Notes: generated from the letters alone by a model not told the origin. A stretch of DNA of 40,000 nucleotides from Aromatoleum sp. (GCF_035254505.1 NZ_DATFAO010000091.1:2538-42537), one strand, 5' to 3'; positions 16,951 to 24,749 are shown, counted from the stretch's first letter. Made by a program: numbers and translations.

Positions 16951-17181
16951 ATGTGTATCGCAAACCGGCCGCTCTATCTCGAGCCGCACCAGGCCCGCAG
17001 CGCGGCGCCGACCCCCTTCGAGGACCTGCTGGGCGACGCGATCGAGCGCGCCTACGCTCAGGGCATCCACGAGCTGGAGTCCTTGGTCGCCTATCTGAAC
17101 CAGTCCGGCCCCAGCGCGCCGAACGGCTCGCAGTGGACGACCGAGCTGTTCTGCGCCGAGATGGCCCGCCTCGGCGCCTGA
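16951..17181 (+). CDS. 76-aa conserved hypothetical protein (recombinase-like HTH-type small protein)
   Basis: ACGAGGAG RBS and host-like codon usage; lies between the VOC and Rieske genes. From memory, homologues are annotated recombinase-like helix-turn-helix domain proteins. Function unknown. Confidence 0.6.
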   Translation: MCIANRPLYLEPHQARSAAPTPFEDLLGDAIERAYAQGIHELESLVAYLNQSGPSAPNGSQWTTELFCAEMARLGA

Positions 17182-17216
17182 GCGCCGCGACTCGATAACG
17201 AATCGGAGATACCAAA

Positions 17217-18245
17217 GTGAGCACCAAGGAAATCGACCCCATCGACGAATACCTCGCGGACGGCCTGAAGGACCGCTGGTACGCGATCTGCCCGTCCAGC
17301 TTCGTCACCGACCGCGCCATCAGCCTGCGCCGCCTCGGCCTCAAGCTCGCCCTGTGGCGCGATCCCGCGAGCGGAACGATCCACTGCCTCGAGGACCACT
17401 GCCCGCACCGCGGCGCGCCGCTGTCGGTCGGCGTCGTGCTGGGCGACCGCATCGCCTGCGCCTACCACGGCGTCGAAGTGCGCTGCGACGGCGTCGTCAC
17501 GCGCGTGCCCGGCAGCCCGGGATGCAAGCTCGAAGGCTCGCGCACGACACGCTCGTACCACGTGCAGGACGCCGCCGGCATGATCTTCCTGTACAACGCC
17601 GCGAGCCCCGTCGAGGTGCCGCCGCCGCTGGAGCTGCCCGAGTACCTCGCCTCGCCCGAGTGGAGCAGCTTCCACTCCTACATGGAGTGGAAGAGCGACT
17701 ACCGCTACGTCGCCGACAACGTCATGGACCCGATGCACGGCGCCTACCTGCACCGCCAGTCGCACTCGATGTCTGAAGGCGACATCTCGGCCGACTTCGT
17801 GATCCGCGACACCGACCACGGTTTCTTCTTCGAGAAGAAGGGCCAGCGCAACGTGAACTTCGACTGGACCGAGCTCCACGACGACGGCAAGCTCATGTAC
17901 CACCGCCTCGAGATCCCCTACCCGAAGACTGGCGGCCCCGGCGGCAACTTCACCATCATCGGCATGTACGTTCCGATCACGCGCGACACCTGCGGCGTCG
18001 TGTTCTGGCGCTGCCGCAAGCTGGGTGGCTGGCAGCGCGACGTGTGGCGCTTCCTGTACAAGAACCGCCTTGAGGCGCGGCACTGGGAAGTCGTCGAACA
18101 GGACCGCACGACGCTCGAGCTGATGGAGCCCGATGCGTGCGAGCGCGAGTTCCTCTACCAGCACGACATGGGTCTCGTGCGCCAGCGGCGCTACATGCGC
18201 AGCATCGCGGCAGAGCAGATCGAGGCCGCCCAGTCGGCCCGCTGA
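17217..18245 (+). CDS. Rieske non-heme iron oxygenase, alpha-only (phthalate/VanA-type, class IA)
   Basis: Rieske CPHRGAPLS...CAYHG; mononuclear iron motif DPMHGAYLH. GTG start with GGAGA upstream. Confidence 0.9.
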   Translation: MSTKEIDPIDEYLADGLKDRWYAICPSSFVTDRAISLRRLGLKLALWRDPASGTIHCLEDHCPHRGAPLSVGVVLGDRIACAYHGVEVRCDGVVTRVPGSPGCKLEGSRTTRSYHVQDAAGMIFLYNAASPVEVPPPLELPEYLASPEWSSFHSYMEWKSDYRYVADNVMDPMHGAYLHRQSHSMSEGDISADFVIRDTDHGFFFEKKGQRNVNFDWTELHDDGKLMYHRLEIPYPKTGGPGGNFTIIGMYVPITRDTCGVVFWRCRKLGGWQRDVWRFLYKNRLEARHWEVVEQDRTTLELMEPDACEREFLYQHDMGLVRQRRYMRSIAAEQIEAAQSAR

Positions 18246-18296
18246 GCGGGTCGCCCACACGACGGGCCGTCCGCATACCGGACGGCCCGCGAGCCG

Positions 18297-19268
18297 ATGG
18301 ATATCGAGATGACTACAGACGAAACCGTGACGATGCGCGTCGAGGCCATGCGCTACGAGGCCGAGGGCATATTGAGCATCGAACTGGCCGCCCCCGACGG
18401 CGCCGAACTGCCCGTGGTGGCTGCGGGCGCGCACGTCGACCTCTTCCTCCCCAACGGAATCGCGCGCAGCTACTCGCTGGTCGTGCCGCGATCCTCGCCG
18501 CGCGCCTACGTCGTCGGCGTGCTGCTCGACCGCTCGAGCCGCGGCGGATCGCGCTACATCCACGAGCAGCTGCGCGTCGGCCAGGAGATCCCGGTGTCGC
18601 GCCCGCGCAACCATTTCGTCCTCGACGAGGATGCGGGCGACACCGTGCTGCTCGCGGGCGGCATCGGCATCACGCCGATCTACAGCATGTACGCGCGCCT
18701 CGTCGCGCTGGGGCGGCCGGTGCGCCTGCTCTATAGCGTGCGCTCGCGCCGCCAGGCCGCGTTCGCGCGCGACATCGAGCGGCTCGGCGGCGCAACCGAC
18801 TGGCACATCGACGACGAGGCGGGCGGCCCGCCGGACCTCAAGGCCTACCTTGCAAGGTTCGACGTCAAGGCGCATTTCTACTGCTGCGGGCCGACACCGA
18901 TGATCGACCGCTTCGAGGCGGTGTGCGAGGAGCTCGGCTATCCCAACGTGCATGTCGAACGCTTCGCCGCGCGCACCGACCAGGCGCCCGCCGAAGCCGG
19001 TGGCGCCTACGAGCTCGTGCTCCAGCGCAGCCGCCGCAGCCTGCACGTCGCCGCGGGCGAGTCGCTCATCAGCGTGCTGCAGGCGAACCGTATCGAGGTG
19101 CCGTTCAACTGCCAGGAAGGGGTGTGTGGCTCGTGCGAGACGCGCATCATCGAAGGCGAGGCCGACCATCGCGACTCGGTGCTGAGCAAGGCCGAGCGGG
19201 CGGCCAACAAGAGCATGATGGTGTGCGTCTCGGGCTGCAAGGGCGCGCGCCTGGTGCTCGATCTCTGA
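18297..19268 (+). CDS. PDR/VanB-family oxidoreductase (FMN, NAD and plant-type 2Fe-2S)
   Basis: RSYSL flavin motif, GGIGITP NAD motif, C-terminal CQEGVCGSC...C ferredoxin. Confidence 0.9.
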   Translation: MDIEMTTDETVTMRVEAMRYEAEGILSIELAAPDGAELPVVAAGAHVDLFLPNGIARSYSLVVPRSSPRAYVVGVLLDRSSRGGSRYIHEQLRVGQEIPVSRPRNHFVLDEDAGDTVLLAGGIGITPIYSMYARLVALGRPVRLLYSVRSRRQAAFARDIERLGGATDWHIDDEAGGPPDLKAYLARFDVKAHFYCCGPTPMIDRFEAVCEELGYPNVHVERFAARTDQAPAEAGGAYELVLQRSRRSLHVAAGESLISVLQANRIEVPFNCQEGVCGSCETRIIEGEADHRDSVLSKAERAANKSMMVCVSGCKGARLVLDL

Positions 19269-19292
19269 GCGGCCGGCGGGCGGGAGAGGGCG

Positions 19293-20078
19293 ATGCAAAT
19301 CTGCGTCGCGCAGTCGTGGAGCGACCTGCAGGCGCTGCTCTTCGAGGGCGCGTGGAACGAGCGCATCCTTCGCTACCGCTCGCCCTGCGCTTTCCGCGGC
19401 CTGGACGATGCGGGCCATCGCCTTGCGACCAGCCTCGCCCGGCTGGGCGGCGACAGCGCGCGGCTCGAGCGCCATCTGATCCGCAACTTCATCAAGTACG
19501 CCCACCGCGACGTCGTCGAGCGCGACTCCCTGTGGCACTGGCTCTCGGTCGCGCAGCACCACGGCCTGCCGACGCGCCTCCTCGACTGGACGCACTCGCC
19601 ACTGGTCGCGATGCACTTCGCGACCGCCCGCGCCGAAGCGATGGAGTGTGACGGCGCGATCTGGTCCATCAACTACGAGCGCGCCCACCGCCTGCTGCCC
19701 GCCGTGGTGCGCGACGCGCTCGACCGCGAGGGGGCGAACGCCTTCACGACCGAGATGCTCGCGCACACCGTGACGACGCTGGACAGCCTCGAGGCCATGT
19801 CCGCGCAGTCCTTTCTGCTGTTCTTCGAGCCGCCGTCGATCGACGACCGCATCGCGAACCAATACGCGCTGTTCTCGGTGATGTCCTCGGCGGCGGCCGG
19901 CGTGGACGACTGGATCGCGCGGCACCCGGCGCTGTGCCGCAAGATCGTCGTGCCGGCGGCCCTCAAGTGGGAGATCCGCGACAAGCTCGATCAGTGCAAT
20001 ATCACCGAGCGGGTGCTGTTCCCCGGGCTGGACGGCCTGAGCCGCTGGCTGGCGCGTCAGTACCGTGCGCGTGCCTGA
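19293..20078 (+). CDS. FRG-domain protein
   Basis: AFRGLDD motif, SVAQHHGLPTRLLDWTHSPLVAMHFA, RIANQYALFSV, LFPGLDG. These are the hallmarks of the FRG domain (PF08867, function unknown). Confidence 0.8.
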   Translation: MQICVAQSWSDLQALLFEGAWNERILRYRSPCAFRGLDDAGHRLATSLARLGGDSARLERHLIRNFIKYAHRDVVERDSLWHWLSVAQHHGLPTRLLDWTHSPLVAMHFATARAEAMECDGAIWSINYERAHRLLPAVVRDALDREGANAFTTEMLAHTVTTLDSLEAMSAQSFLLFFEPPSIDDRIANQYALFSVMSSAAAGVDDWIARHPALCRKIVVPAALKWEIRDKLDQCNITERVLFPGLDGLSRWLARQYRARA

Positions 20079-20409
20079 GGGGTCCCCGCCCCGGGGCGCG
20101 ATTCTGCCCGGATGGCATGGATCGCGCGGGTCGGCCGCGAGCGCGGCGATGACGGCCCCTTGGCCGCGACGATCCGCGGTACTGGCCGTAGTCGACAGCC
20201 GCGGCGCGACCTCGGAGTGTGTGCAGTTGCCGCCGGCGCGATGGGGCACCAGCAGCGGCGCCCAAAGGAGGGCGGGCGATCACGGTGAGGGGGCCGGCCA
20301 GGTAGGGTATCGAGGCAGAGCAGCCCTCGCGAAGGGGGGCGCTGCGAGAGGATGAGTCCGCAGCCGTCTCCAGCCCGGACCGACTCGTTGCTGCCGTTGG
20401 CGGCGGTGC

Positions 20410-20814
20410 TTAGGGCAGGGTGACTTGCTGCCCGTCCGGGCGATAGGTCAGCAGATGCTTGACCACTCCGCCCTGAATCGACTTGACCATGGTTTCCAGT
20501 GCCTGCTGCGTCGCCTCGTCGCTCGGTTCTCTGCGTCCTTGCCCGCTTAGGCAGCCGACAAACACCATGTCCCAGGATTGTCCGGTGTGGCGCGATTCTT
20601 CCACCAGTTCAGCGAAGCTCTGGATTTCGTTGGTTTTCTTGTCTACGTACATCACGGGAACGAGCGCGCCCCCCTGACCATTTTCAAAGATCCGCTTTTC
20701 TTCTGCAGAGGCGCCTTCAGGCAATTCGGCCCGCACGAAAACGAACAACAAACGCTGCGGCTCGGGTTGCCGGCGAGCAGTCTCCAAGAGATTTTGAAAC
20801 CCTGAAATGATCAT
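20410..20814 (-). CDS. Conserved hypothetical protein (134 aa)
   Basis: Clean ORF with lower GC than its neighbours. The sequence (QPEPQRLLFVFVRAELPEG...GQGGALVPVMYVDK...SFAELVEESRHTGQSWDMVFVG) resembles, from memory, a small family common in Pseudomonas/Burkholderia that is sometimes mis-annotated. Confidence 0.65.
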   Translation of the reverse strand: MIISGFQNLLETARRQPEPQRLLFVFVRAELPEGASAEEKRIFENGQGGALVPVMYVDKKTNEIQSFAELVEESRHTGQSWDMVFVGCLSGQGRREPSDEATQQALETMVKSIQGGVVKHLLTYRPDGQQVTLP

Positions 20815-20907
20815 CTTTCCGTACTTCCCTTCCTGTCGTCAGGAAGCGAATTCTGTCACAAAACCACGAAGGGGCAACGAGAGTGAATCGCCGGGGGCGG
20901 GATGCGA

Positions 20908-21109
20908 CCATGGCCTTCGTCACCGCGCGGTAGTAGTCCTCGCCCGATCCGGTCAGCGTGATCTGGCGATGGCCGCGGTGCAGCAGTCGGATGCCGAGCG
21001 TTTCCTCGAGCGACCGGATCTGCCGGCTGACGGCGCCGGGCGTGACGTGCAGTTCGTCGGCGGCGACGGTGTCGGCATGGTGGCAGCGCAATTCCTGTCG
21101 AAGCGTGGG
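20908..21109 (-). pseudogene. LysR-family regulator, N-terminal HTH fragment only
   Basis: AADELHVTPGAVSRQIRSLEETLGIRLLHRGHRQITLTGSGEDYYRAV is a LysR wHTH. There is no start region and no effector domain. Confidence 0.65.
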
Positions 21110-21118
21110 GGAGTGGTC

Positions 21119-21499
21119 AGAACGCTGCGCATCGGGCTCGGCATCTCGTTGGTCTCGGCGCTCGCGGCGCTGATGGTGGCCGCGGGCTCGCAACCGACAC
21201 TGCTCCAGCTGCTCCTGCCGCAGCTGCCGCTGGCCTTCGGGGCTGGTCTCGTGATTCCGAGCGCCATTGCCGGCGCAGTGACGCCCCAAGGTCAGCGCGC
21301 GGGGCTCGCGGCCGGATTGCTCGGCTGTCTGCAAATGTTCGGCGCTGCGCTGTTCGGCTACGTCGCAGTGCGACTCTATGCGGGAACGGCGGTGCCGATG
21401 CTGGCGATCCAGGTCGGTGCGTTCGCACTCGCCGCAGCCGTGATGCTGCTGATCCATCGCCAATCACCGGACGCCACCGCGGCGCGGCAGTCAGTGTAG
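21119..21499 (+). pseudogene. MFS (Bcr/CflA-like) transporter, C-terminal fragment
   Basis: LRIGLGISLVSALAALMV...PLAFGAGLVIPSAIAGAVTPQGQRAGLAAGLLGCLQMFGAALFG covers only the last roughly 4 TM segments. It abuts the LysR fragment head-to-head with no intergenic region. Confidence 0.6.
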
Positions 21500-23401
21500 C
21501 GTCGCGTGGAACATGTCTTCGGGCAGATGCCAGCTCGCGAACTCCTCCGCGGGCAGCGGCTGGCTGATGAAGTAGCCCTGGGCAACGTCGCACTTGAGCG
21601 CGGCCAGGCGGGTCCATGTCGCCTGGTCCTCGACGCCTTCGGCGATCACGCTGAGGCCCAGGTCGTGGCCGAGGTCGATCGTCGAGCGCACGATCGCGTC
21701 CGAGCCTTCGTGCTCGAGCATGCGGCCGACGAAGGACTGGTCGATCTTGATCGAGTCCGTCGGCAAGCGCTGCAGATAAGTGAGGCTGGAAAAGCCGGTG
21801 CCGAAGTCATCGATCGCGAGGTGGACGCCCAAGTCCCTGAGGCGCTTGAGCGTCTCGAGCGACCCGCGCGGATCCTCCAGCAGTGCGCTTTCGGTGATTT
21901 CGAACTGGACGTTCCCCGCGTCGACGCCCCAGGTGAGGAAGAGCCCGCGGATGCGGTCCACGAGGCGGGAGTCGAGGAGGTCCCTCGTGGATAGGTTGAT
22001 GGCCAGCGGTACCGCGATGCCGTCGGACTGCCAAGTGTAGACCTGTCGAAAGGCCTCGCCCAGCACCCAGTTCGTGAGCGGTGTGATCAGGCCGGCCTTC
22101 TCAGCCATCTTGATGAAGCGGTCCGGCCCGATCAGCCCGTGCTCGGGATGGGCCCAGCGCACCAGCGCTTCGGCGCCGCAGGGGATGCCGGTGGCGATGT
22201 CGACCTTGGGCTGGCAGTACAGGCGCAGTTGCTCGTCGGCGATCGCGTGATGCAGCTCGGCGACCAGCGACAGGTTGCGGTTGCAGTCGCGGTCCAGGTT
22301 TCCGGTGAAGATGGCGAAGTTGCCTGGGCTCTGGCGTGCCTCGCGCGAAGCCAGCGCCGCACGTCGCATGAGGGCGTCCGGGCCGGGGCCGTGGCCGGGG
22401 AACAGCGCGATCCCGACGCGCGGCCGCGCGTCGATTGCGAAGCCGGACAGTTTGAGCGGTTGGTCGAAGGCCGCGAGAACGCGGACTGCTCTCTGCCCCG
22501 CGCGCTCGGCGTCAGTGTCGCGCCACAGCACTGCAAACTCGTCGTCGCTGACCCGCGCGAGCAGGTCCTCGTCGTCGAGAAGAGGGCGCAGGATTGCCGC
22601 AGCCTGGACCAGCAGTTCGTTGCCGTGCTGCGCCCCGAGCAACTCGTTGACCTCGCGGAACTGGTCGAGCGCGACGATGCTGACGGCAAACGGGCGAGGC
22701 GTTCGCGGCGATCGCGCGATCAACTCGCCGAGTCGTTTGTGGAACAGCGAACGGTTGGGCAGGTCGGTCACCGGGTCGTACAGGGCCACGCGCTGCAAGG
22801 CCGCTTCGGCCTCCAGCTGGCGATTGCGCGCGCGGAGGGCTCCGATGCCGAACGCCACGTCCTCGGCAAGTTCGCTGAGCACGTTGACCTCCTCGTTCCC
22901 GAAGGCGTCCTTGTCGCCGGCGATGATGGTGAGATTACCCTCCACCTGGCCGTCGATGATCAACGGAAAGGCACTTACGGCCACGTAGCCGCGTTTGCGC
23001 TGCTCGGCGTGCAGGAATGCGAGCGCGGGATCCTCCTGCACGAGATGGCTCACGCGCGGTGCGCCGCTGCGGATCGCGAGTGCCGTGGGATGCTTGATTT
23101 CGTCGGCCCACGACAGCGGGAAAAACTCCCAGATCCCTTCCTCGGCCCCAGCACACGCCATCATCCGGATGGTCCGTTTCTCGTCGCGGTCCGCGTAGCC
23201 GATCCATGCCATGCGGTAACCGCCCTGATCGACGATGGCGTGGCACATGTCCTGCAGCAGGGCTTCTTCGTCGACCGCGCGCGCAAGCGTCCGGTTGCCG
23301 GCGCTCAGCGTCTTCAAGGCCCGGTACAGGCGCTTGTAGTCCTCGATGGACACGCAGGCCGCTTCAGGGGGCCGCGTGCTTTCGTCCTTGGCTCCGTCCA
23401 T
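21491..23401 (-). CDS. GAF sensor, degenerate GGDEF and EAL domain protein (probable c-di-GMP phosphodiesterase)
   Basis: The GGDEF signature reads RVSDDEF. The EAL domain is complete (EALVRW, N, EITE, DDFGTGFSS, KIDQSF, EGVE, QGY). Start at ATG 23401 with AGGAGG upstream. Confidence 0.9.
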   Translation of the reverse strand: MDGAKDESTRPPEAACVSIEDYKRLYRALKTLSAGNRTLARAVDEEALLQDMCHAIVDQGGYRMAWIGYADRDEKRTIRMMACAGAEEGIWEFFPLSWADEIKHPTALAIRSGAPRVSHLVQEDPALAFLHAEQRKRGYVAVSAFPLIIDGQVEGNLTIIAGDKDAFGNEEVNVLSELAEDVAFGIGALRARNRQLEAEAALQRVALYDPVTDLPNRSLFHKRLGELIARSPRTPRPFAVSIVALDQFREVNELLGAQHGNELLVQAAAILRPLLDDEDLLARVSDDEFAVLWRDTDAERAGQRAVRVLAAFDQPLKLSGFAIDARPRVGIALFPGHGPGPDALMRRAALASREARQSPGNFAIFTGNLDRDCNRNLSLVAELHHAIADEQLRLYCQPKVDIATGIPCGAEALVRWAHPEHGLIGPDRFIKMAEKAGLITPLTNWVLGEAFRQVYTWQSDGIAVPLAINLSTRDLLDSRLVDRIRGLFLTWGVDAGNVQFEITESALLEDPRGSLETLKRLRDLGVHLAIDDFGTGFSSLTYLQRLPTDSIKIDQSFVGRMLEHEGSDAIVRSTIDLGHDLGLSVIAEGVEDQATWTRLAALKCDVAQGYFISQPLPAEEFASWHLPEDMFHATLH

Positions 23402-23716
23402 GTTCCGCCTCCTTGCAGCCCGATGACCGAGGGGGCCCGCGAGGCGGCACCCGCGCAAGCGTTCATCCCCGTCGCGAAGAGACGCATGAACCACTCCGCA
23501 AAGCGCCTCATTTCTTAGTCAGGGAAGTCCGCGGTGCGTTCCATCGTGGCTTGCGCTGACTTGAGTAAAGCTCAAGCAAGTCCGTGTGATTTATCGATTG
23601 TCGCGGCTTTGTCGGAAAGCAACCATGCCGCATCGTGAACATCTCCCCACGGGCGTGGCTCGGCGGCGAAGGGCGGGGTGGCCCTGATCACGGTGACGGG
23701 AAGCAAGGTTCCTGCA

Positions 23717-23774
23717 TGTACATCCGTCGTATTTACAAGATAGTTCTCCCAGACTAGTGTACATACATCGTACA
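23717..23774 (+). promoter_or_regulatory. Candidate vapBC promoter/operator with repeated TGTACA motifs
   Basis: TGTACA at 23717-23722 and 23758-23763 and GTACA at 23770-23774, within 80 nt upstream of vapB. AbrB-type antitoxins usually autoregulate at such repeats. Confidence 0.4.
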
Positions 23775-23793
23775 TCCACCGCAGGAGCTTCCC

Positions 23794-24030
23794 ATGCGCA
23801 CCACGCGCGCATTCAAGAACGGCAATTCACAGGCCGTGCGCATTCCATCGGACCTGGCTTTCGAACGCACCGACATCGAGCTGGAAATCGAACGCGTTGG
23901 CGACGAGTTGCGCATTCGTCCCGCTCGTCGGTCTCTCGCTGGTGTGATGGCCAAGTTCGCGAGGTTCTCCCCGGACTTCATGGCTGAAGGTCGCGGCGAT
24001 CAGGAGCAAGCCGAAAGGGATTCGCTGTGA
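23794..24030 (+). CDS. vapB: VapB antitoxin (AbrB/SpoVT-type)
   Basis: MRTTRAFKNGNSQAVRIPSDLAFE...LRIRP...FSPDFMAEGR is a typical VagC/VapB. Confidence 0.88.
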   Translation: MRTTRAFKNGNSQAVRIPSDLAFERTDIELEIERVGDELRIRPARRSLAGVMAKFARFSPDFMAEGRGDQEQAERDSL

Positions 24031-24446
24031 TGGCGCGGTACATGCTCGACACCAACATGTGCATCTATCTGATGAAGAACCATCCCGAGGAGGTCGCTCG
24101 ACGTTTTGCCCAGTGCTATGTGGGGGATGTCGTGATGTCAGCAATCACCTTTGCCGAACTTCAATACGGCGTAGCGGCCTCGGCCGATCCGGAGCGCGAG
24201 CGCGCCAATCTCGACGACCTCGCTCAGGATATCCCCGTCATGCCGTTTGATGCCGAGGCTGCACTTGCGTATGGCCCGATCCGACTGGCCTCTCGCGAGA
24301 GCAAGAAGGATCATCTCGACAAGTTGATTGCAGCCCATGCGGTGGCGCTCGGCGTTACGGTCGTCACCAACAACACGAAGGACTTCGCAAGGTACCTCGA
24401 AGTGGTGACGGAGAACTGGCTGACGCCAACGGAACCGGAGCATTGA
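24027..24446 (+). CDS. vapC: VapC PIN-domain ribonuclease toxin
   Basis: YMLDTNMCIYLMKN ... ITFAELQYG ... DKLIAAHAVALGVTVVTNNTKDF contains the PIN acidic residues. The more likely start is ATG 24030, which overlaps the vapB TGA by 1 nt. Confidence 0.9.
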   Translation: MMARYMLDTNMCIYLMKNHPEEVARRFAQCYVGDVVMSAITFAELQYGVAASADPERERANLDDLAQDIPVMPFDAEAALAYGPIRLASRESKKDHLDKLIAAHAVALGVTVVTNNTKDFARYLEVVTENWLTPTEPEH

Positions 24447-24749
24447 CTGCCGACGGAGAGCTTCAACGTGGTGGAGACTACTGTTCAGCCTCTCAGTGTC
24501 ATGGGGGACCCATCGGATCTTGCCGAGGATGCGGCCGTGCGGCTGCTCTCGCCGATCGATCCGAGTGGTGATTACTTGGTAGCATCCGGTGGTGACTGTC
24601 GTGTGGATAAGGACATCGGCATCAGCCAGCTTACACCCGACGGCCTTTGAAAACTCCGCCGTAGTTCCGCGCCGTCACTGGGTTTGGCGCGGCGTTGTGT
24701 TGAAATAAAAGTGACGTAAGTGTTTGATTTACTAGCTTAGAACCCGGTC

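Larger units (their letters stand above)
802..24749. mobile_element. tRNA-His-associated genomic island, about 23.9 kb, probably immobilised
   Basis: Bounded by the exact 45-bp direct repeat of the tRNA 3' half. An integrase remnant sits directly next to the intact tRNA and a TA module at the far end. IS and gene fragments are present, and composition differs from the flanking core. Confidence 0.75.

Noticed and set aside
17091-20249. A 1052-aa ORF on the minus strand spanning the Rieske, reductase and FRG genes; the longest ORF in the window.
   Set aside because: It is antisense to three genes with unmistakable family motifs. Its translation is Arg/Ala/Gly/His/Asp-rich and low in complexity, with no recognisable domain. 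Very GC-rich genes with GC-rich third positions routinely leave the antisense frame open. It crosses intergenic gaps by chance.
24468-24650. A 60-aa GTG-initiated ORF between vapC and attR.
   Set aside because: It has no RBS, no recognisable similarity and no distinctive composition, and it is at the minimum ORF length. It may be a remnant, but it cannot be supported as a gene.
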